This document shows, piece after piece, positions 7,701 through 14,000 of a DNA stretch of 33,688 bases; positions within the stretch are counted from its first letter, which is position 1; each line of letters starts with the position of its first letter. The DNA is from Candidatus Woesearchaeota archaeon. Lineage in GTDB: Archaea; Nanobdellota; Nanobdellia; Woesearchaeales; ARS49. The position numbers were made by a program, and so were the translations under genes. Location of the stretch: NCBI GenBank assembly GCA_018303245.1, contig JAGVYM010000010.1, positions 1-33,688 on the forward strand. Reading direction: 5' to 3'. The notes below the pieces were generated by a model. The model did not search any database. It was not told where the DNA came from and saw only the letters and a program-made list of their open reading frames with translations.

Positions 7701-7718
7701 GGTTCCCAGCCACGGCAT
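7701..7718. repeat. att-like repeat copy B (degenerate tRNA-Glu 3' end)
   Basis: GGTTCCCAGCCACGGCAT versus tRNA GGTTC(AAATC)CCAGCCGCGGCAT. 17/18 positions match, with one 5-nt gap. Confidence 0.5.
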
Positions 7719-7730
7719 TTTTCTCACACG

Positions 7731-7831
7731 ATAATTCATATGATTATTCATATCCATTATCCACGCACTTTTTAAGCGATTTGTAGAGATTTCGACCACA
7801 AACCTTTTAAAGCCTTAAATAATTCATATGA
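7731..7831 (+). promoter_or_regulatory. upstream region of the giant-gene operon with three ATTCATAT boxes and TATA-like elements
   Basis: ATTCATAT occurs at 7734, 7746 and 7822. ATAATTCATATGA is repeated at 7731 and 7819. The second copy contains the 10-bp palindrome TTCATATGAA. TTTTAAAG (7805) and CTTAAATAA (7814) are TATA-like. Confidence 0.35.
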
Positions 7832-7874
7832 AAATTCAGGCACAGCACCCGAACAAAAAGAGGATGGTTTTACT

Positions 7875-8036
7875 TTGAGCACAGGCATCACGCGCCGCTT
7901 GCAGCGAACGCCGAAAGATCAGTATACGGTGACGATTCCTAAAACGTTGGTCAAGCTTCTCAAGTGGAACAATAAAGACGAGCTTGAGTTTGATTTTGAG
8001 AACGGTAAATTGACGCTTAAAAGGGTGAGAAAGTGA
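7875..8036 (+). CDS. small AbrB/SpoVT-like DNA-binding protein (53 aa), not in the ORF track
   Basis: The frame is open from 7776. Translation is ..YTVTIPKTLVKLLKWNNKDELEFDFENGKLTLKRVRK. The only in-frame start is TTG 7875. Its stop, TGA 8034-8036, overlaps GTG 8033 of the giant gene (GTGA). The start is uncertain, and a frameshift from ATG 7828 is not excluded. Confidence 0.5.
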   Translation: MSTGITRRLQRTPKDQYTVTIPKTLVKLLKWNNKDELEFDFENGKLTLKRVRK

Positions 8037-11000
8037 AGCGTGCCCTCTTGCTCCTGGTTCTTCTTGCAGTATGTGCTGCTGCAGTCAATGTGACCGAGAA
8101 CGTTGTAGTTAACGTGAACGTCTCGCCGTCCAATGTTTTTGTGGAAGAGCAAACTTCAAGTTATTTGCCGTCAGCAGGTGCAAACGAGTCAGTCTCAGTT
8201 ATTGAAAGAGTTCACGTTATTGAAGTTGTAGAATCTCCTATGATTAAACGAGAAATAACGCCAGTTCAAAACAACACTAAGATAAACGAGACAGAAAACA
8301 TTACAGAACTCGCAAGAGAAATGGATGATGAAGTGAACCTTTCTGCCTGGATTGAAAATGGAACAGAGGTGTTGCCTGAACTTGTTCCCGAAGTAGCTCC
8401 TGAACCGGTGATTCCATCAGTCGAAGTTCCATCCGTTGAGACTCCAACAAGTTTTGGTCCGGTGCAAGAGCAGGATAGTGAGTTGGTCCGCGTGCCTGAG
8501 GTGATAGCTCCGGTAATTTTGCCTTCGCAGATAAATGAAACGCATAACGTTACTGGACGCATAAATTTCAAAGCGTTGGTGCGTGATGCAAAAGGAAATG
8601 TGCTTGATGCGCAAATCGTGGTGAAAGACCGATTGGGCGCAGTGGTCGCAGAAGAGTTGATTGGCGCGCGAACTGTTGCGCAAGAACTAACAGTGCCAAC
8701 CGGTCCAGTTGATGTGGAGATAGAATTCGCACAAGGTCCGATTACAAGAGTGACGCTTGATGAAGCAAACCTCTCCGAAAGCCAAGGGTTTGTCCGTGTG
8801 GACGATGTGCCAGAGCCAATAGGTTGGGTGAGCGTGTATGCAATCGACCCTTCCCAAGTTATTTTCGAGCAGGGAAAGTTGCACGCGGTTGCACAGGGAA
8901 ACGCGCTCTATAAGTGCAAGGACTGGGATTTTGACGCGCGTGTGTGTGATGGAAATTGGACTCTTGTTCAAGCTCTTGTTCCAGGTCAACCCTACGTTGT
9001 TGAGATAAGTTCAAGTGATCCTGCGTTCGGGGAAATAATTGCGACGGAGGCAATACACTTGGATGAAAATGGAACAGTGCTTGAGAATATTTATCCCGCA
9101 ATAAGTGCCATTGATAATGTCTGGTCATCATTGATTCCTGCGAATCATTCAGTTCGTGTCACGTTTGAAAAGAATCTCACCAACGGAAACGTGATAGATT
9201 TCATAGGACAAAGTAATGGGACGTTTGTAGACATCCAAATCTACCGTGCGGGTACAAGCGAGTTTGTCGGTAGGACTGGTCCGATGGATTTACAGGAGTG
9301 GCGTTTTGTTGAGCTTTCAAATCTTTCAAGTTCATCAGATACGTTCGATTTGCGCATTGTAGGTCTTCTCCCGCCAGTCTGTAGCCCAGATGATGACTGT
9401 TTGATTTCGCAAGAACTTCCATTCATGGAGTTTGAATATATTCATGACGAAGCGGCTACGGCGAATGGAACGGCAGGGGTTGCGGTTTACTCAGAGAGTG
9501 GAACTGTTTCTCCACGCTATCGCAACTGGAACATGACTACTCAGCAATGGGCGGGTGAGACCACGGCGCTTGCGAATACAGGAGAAGCGTCATGGGTCGT
9601 GTTGCGAAGTAGTCATGAGTTTGATAGCCAATTTTTCTCAGGAGTTATAGGTACAGATACGAATGTTTCGCTCCAGGTTGGTCAGGGCTTCAACTCATCT
9701 GGTGGTGTTAACTGGACCATAAGATATAACCTTTCGGCAGATGTTCCCAACACAGGTCTGCGCTCTCTTGATATCGGAGTTGAAGATGTTTCAGGTAATG
9801 CGGTTGTAGTGTTCGAAACAAGTGCTTCGGGTGACACAGGGGTGGCGCTCAGTGTTTGGAATGGCACCACGCTTGATGCAGAGCAGACATTCAATATCTC
9901 TTCGAGCGGAGGAGTCCAATGGATTCGCGCAGTTTCCCGTTCGAGCACAAATGAAGTGATGATTCTCACACTGAACAGTTTGAATGACTTGTATGCGACT
10001 TTGTGGAACGGCAGCTCGTTTGTAAACGCGACTGGCTTTACTATTACAACAGATACCGGAGTTACAACCGATGAGGTCTTTGACTTTGTCTGGGAGTCCA
10101 ACGGGAATGGTTTAGTTGTTTACCGTGAGAATAGTAGCACGTCGATTCAGTATAGAACATTCAATGGGGGGACAAGAAGTTGGAGCGCGGCTGGTAATTT
10201 CTTCACGCTTGATGGTGGAAGTCCAACTGAGTTCAAGCTCTGTGCTGACCCGACTTCAAATTATGTTGGATTTATTTCTTCCGACTCAACTGATGATGTG
10301 AACGCCGTGATTTGGAATGGCACCGCGGTGGAGACTTCTCCTGCTGCTCCCTCGGAAATTGCCGCGGTTGAGCCCAATACTGCTCCTGCGCGCAATGTTG
10401 GCTGTGTTTGGTCAGTGGATGGCAGGAATGCGACCTTTGTTTTTGTTGATGCGAATGCGCCAACTGATGATTTGATTTCTTTTGCAAGGTATAACAAGAC
10501 GTCTTGGTCTGTTTCAAGTTTGGCAAGCCCTGAACGGTCTGAAACAGTCACGGGAGGACCCAGCATCGAGCGTTTGGAAGCTTACATAAATCCGTTCACT
10601 TCAGAAATTCAAGTTCTTACATTGGATGCTGGAGGAAACGATGACTTGCATTCCGCGCTCTGGAACCGAACTTCGTGGGTGGTGAGTTCCGGAGGGAATT
10701 ACTTTTTGGAAACGACCGTGTCGTGTGGCGGTGGGACGACGCAGTGCGCGGACTTTGTCTGGAACGCATTTGATCCTGCTCCGAACCTGACGTTGAGTGT
10801 TCCTCAAGGTGCGTCGTTCAACCAAAGCGACATCATCAACATCACGGTGAACGCTTCGGACAACTATCAGGTGGACAAGGTGAACATCACGATATACGCG
10901 CCAAATGGAACCTTGCTTCAGTATAACCTGACGCTTGTGCAAGGGAACTCGACGTCTGGTTTGTACGCGCTGAATTTCACCAACACTACCTTTACGCTGG

Positions 11001-14000
11001 GAAGGTATAACTTTTCGGTTGAGGCAAATGATACGAGCACGCACGACAATAGTAATTTTACCTCTGGCTTTTTTACCATCGCAAACGTGACTTCTTGTCC
11101 AGCAGTACTGCTTGCGAATACGACGCTTGCACAGAACATTTCTGCGACAGGTAGTTGCCTTTCGTTTGGAGAAAACAACATCATGCTCGACTGTAATGGA
11201 TTTGCCATCCGTTATGACAGTTCAGGCACAGGGGCCGCTTCTGGAATAACTGCCAGCGATAAAGTGAATGTCACGATTAAGAACTGTGTTCTCATAGATT
11301 CTTCTCTTGTGGGCGGGGAAAGTGTAGCGCTTAATCTGACGAGGACCAATCAAAGCTCGCTGACCAATCTTACTGTTCAGACGAATGGTACTAATGATAA
11401 TTATGCGCTGTTCATGTTGCACTCGTTTGAGAACACGCTGGTGAATCTGACGCTGCGCAGTAATGGCAGCGCGGGAAACAATACAGTGGTTTATCTGATA
11501 AATTCCTCAAGGAATAACTTCACACAGCTTACTGCGAGTGCGAACGGTTCTGCCAACAACACCGGGATTCTGGTGCAGGCAGCGCACGGGAATAGTTTCG
11601 TGAATGTTGCGCTGAACACATCGGGAACCTCAAGCTATGGAGTGGAGATTCGTTCAAGTGAGAACAACACGTTCCAGAATATTAGTTTGCGTACTGTGCA
11701 ATGGATTAACGCGAGTGTAAGTGCTGCGACGAATTTTACTAATACTGCTTTCGTCACCGGAACTGGTAGCCTGCTTTATCCTGGAGTTGTGACGATGACA
11801 GGGACGCACGACATCACTTCGACCAAAGTCGCTCTGACTTCGAATAGGACGTTTGTCAACAGCACCAATCTTTCGTTCCTGAACGTTTCCGCGCAAGTCG
11901 CTTTGTTCAGCATTAATTTCACCAGTCCTGCGATGCTTTATGATCAGAACGATAACGGTAGCTTTATCGATTGTACTTCGCCGCGTTGTGTTAACGTGAG
12001 TTTTGCAAGCAATGTCTTCACTTTCAACGTGAGCAGCTTTACAACATACGCGGCTACCGCGTCGCTTCAAAATGTCACGTTCAGCATCTCTGATATGCCT
12101 GATCCGGTGAGTCGCGGGGGCCAGTTGAATTACACAATCATTGTGAACAATACGGGAACAGAGACTGCGTTTAACGTGACGGTGAATTCTACCTATGCAT
12201 CAAGTGTGGTGTTTGATAGTTCTTCTCCATCAGCTGCTGGAAACATCACGTTCAGTTTGGGAAACATTAGCGCGGGAAGCGTGTTCATGATTAACATCAC
12301 GGTGAATGTGAGTCTTTCATCATGGAATGGTACGCTTTTGAACCACTCGGCGAACGTCACGTTTACGAACGCGTCTGGTCAAGCGACTTTGCAGGCCACA
12401 AGTCAGCTTACGCTGGTGAGGGGAACTCCGGGAATTAGTACGAGCATGACTGATTCTCCTAGTCCAGTTATGGTGGGAAGTACGTTGAGGTATAACATTA
12501 CGGTGAACAATTCAGGTGATGATACTGCGTTCAATGTGAGCGTGTTGGAGTCGTATCCTTCGGGTGTTGTGTTTAACAATAGTTTTCCTTCGCCAAGTTC
12601 GGGGAATGAGACATTTACAATTGGTACGCTTGCGCCGAACCAGTCGACCACAATCAATATCACAGTAAACGTAAGTTCAGGTGTGGCGAACGGTACAACG
12701 CTCAATAATTCCTATATGGTCACGTTTGGGAATGCTTCGGGCATGAATAGTTCGGTGACCAACAGTACGTTGACGACCGCGCAGGCGACGTTTGTGGCGA
12801 ATGTGAGTGCGAACATGAGTGACTCTCCTGATCCTGTCGTGCGGGGGGCACAGCTGAATTATACAATAACTATCAACAACACAGGAAGCGATGGAGTGTA
12901 CAACGTGAGCGCGGTGGAGTCATATCCTGCAGGAGTGGTTTTCCATAGCTCTTCTCCAAGTTCCAGTTCAGGGAATGGTACTTTTATACTTGGCAATCTC
13001 ACTGCAGGGACGGGTACGACTGTTAACATCACTGTGAACGTGACCGCTTCCAACGCGACGTCATTGAACAATACTGCGGCGATTAACTTTTCGAATGTGG
13101 CAGGGTTGACGACGACCATCAGCGCAAGTACGCTCACATTGGTGCGTGGATTTCCAAGCATGACTGCGAGTGTTAACGATACTCCTGATTTTGTTTTAGT
13201 GAACAAGAGTGTTCTTTACCAAGTATTGCTCAATAATTCAGGTGATGATACTGCGTTCAATTCCACCTTGGTGTTGACCTATCCGACTGGAACGATTTTC
13301 AACGCGAGCGCGCCGGTTCCGGTGTTGGGAAACACCAATTTCACAGTGGGTAATTTCTCTCCCAACCAGACCTTGCTGGTGAATCTGACGCTCAATGTAA
13401 CCAGCGCGGTTGAGAATGGGACAAGTCTGAACTTGTCAGGTGTGCTTTCGTTTGGAAACGCGTCGGGCTCAAACACGAGTGTTGTTGCAAGTGTGCTCAC
13501 CACTGTCCGTGGTTTCCCGTTCATTGTAGTGACGCATTCTGACTCTCCTGATCCAGTTTTCAGAGGCGCAACTCTGGTCTATACGGTGAATGTGACGAAC
13601 GCAGGTTATGATATCGCTTACAACACGACCCTTGTGGAAAGTTATCCTTCAAATACAACTTTCCTTAACGCATCGCCCGCTCCTTCAATTGGCAATTCCA
13701 CGTTTAATCTGGGTAACCTTTCGATAAATAGCTCTGCAGTTGTTGTTATACTGCTGAATACTACAACAGGAATTGCGAACGCGACCCAATTGAATAATTC
13801 GGTCAACGTGTCTTTTGTGAATGGTTCAAGCGAGTCATCTGAAGTGAATGTTTCAGTCTTGACAACAGTCATTGCAGGTTCTGCTCCTTCAGTCGTATCA
13901 AGTGGTCCGTTGAACCGTACCAACCTGACGATATCTACGCAGGTATTCAGCGCAAATGTTACGGACGATTCATCTGCAAATTTCACTTGCCTGCTTGCGA

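Larger units (their letters stand above)
1160..7718 (+). mobile_element. integrated plasmid/provirus-like element at tRNA-Glu (about 6.5 kb)
   Basis: The integrase lies immediately 3' of the tRNA. The interior is visibly AT-richer than both flanks (by eye, not computed). Cargo is small ORFs, RHH/wHTH/zinc-ribbon proteins and a TA pair. The right side carries two copies of CAGCCACGGCAT that resemble the tRNA 3' end. Confidence 0.6.

Noticed and set aside
6995-7710. An SSV-type split integrase N-terminal fragment reading into the att-like copies.
   Set aside because: The frames equivalent to the integrase frame are closed by stops 7 codons (site B) and 14 codons (site A) upstream. No int(N)-like ORF is present.
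6742-8152. Minus-strand ORFs 6742..7011 and 7919..8152.
   Set aside because: They are antisense to the RelE-like toxin, and to the AbrB-like ORF and giant-gene start, respectively. The sense frames carry clear family motifs.
12070-13875. The regular ~360-nt periodicity considered as a CRISPR-like or satellite array, or as DGR variable/template repeats.
   Set aside because: The period is a multiple of 3 inside a long ORF, and the repeats are conserved at the protein level, not the DNA level. No short direct repeats with unique spacers, no reverse transcriptase and no near-identical TR/VR pair occur in the window.
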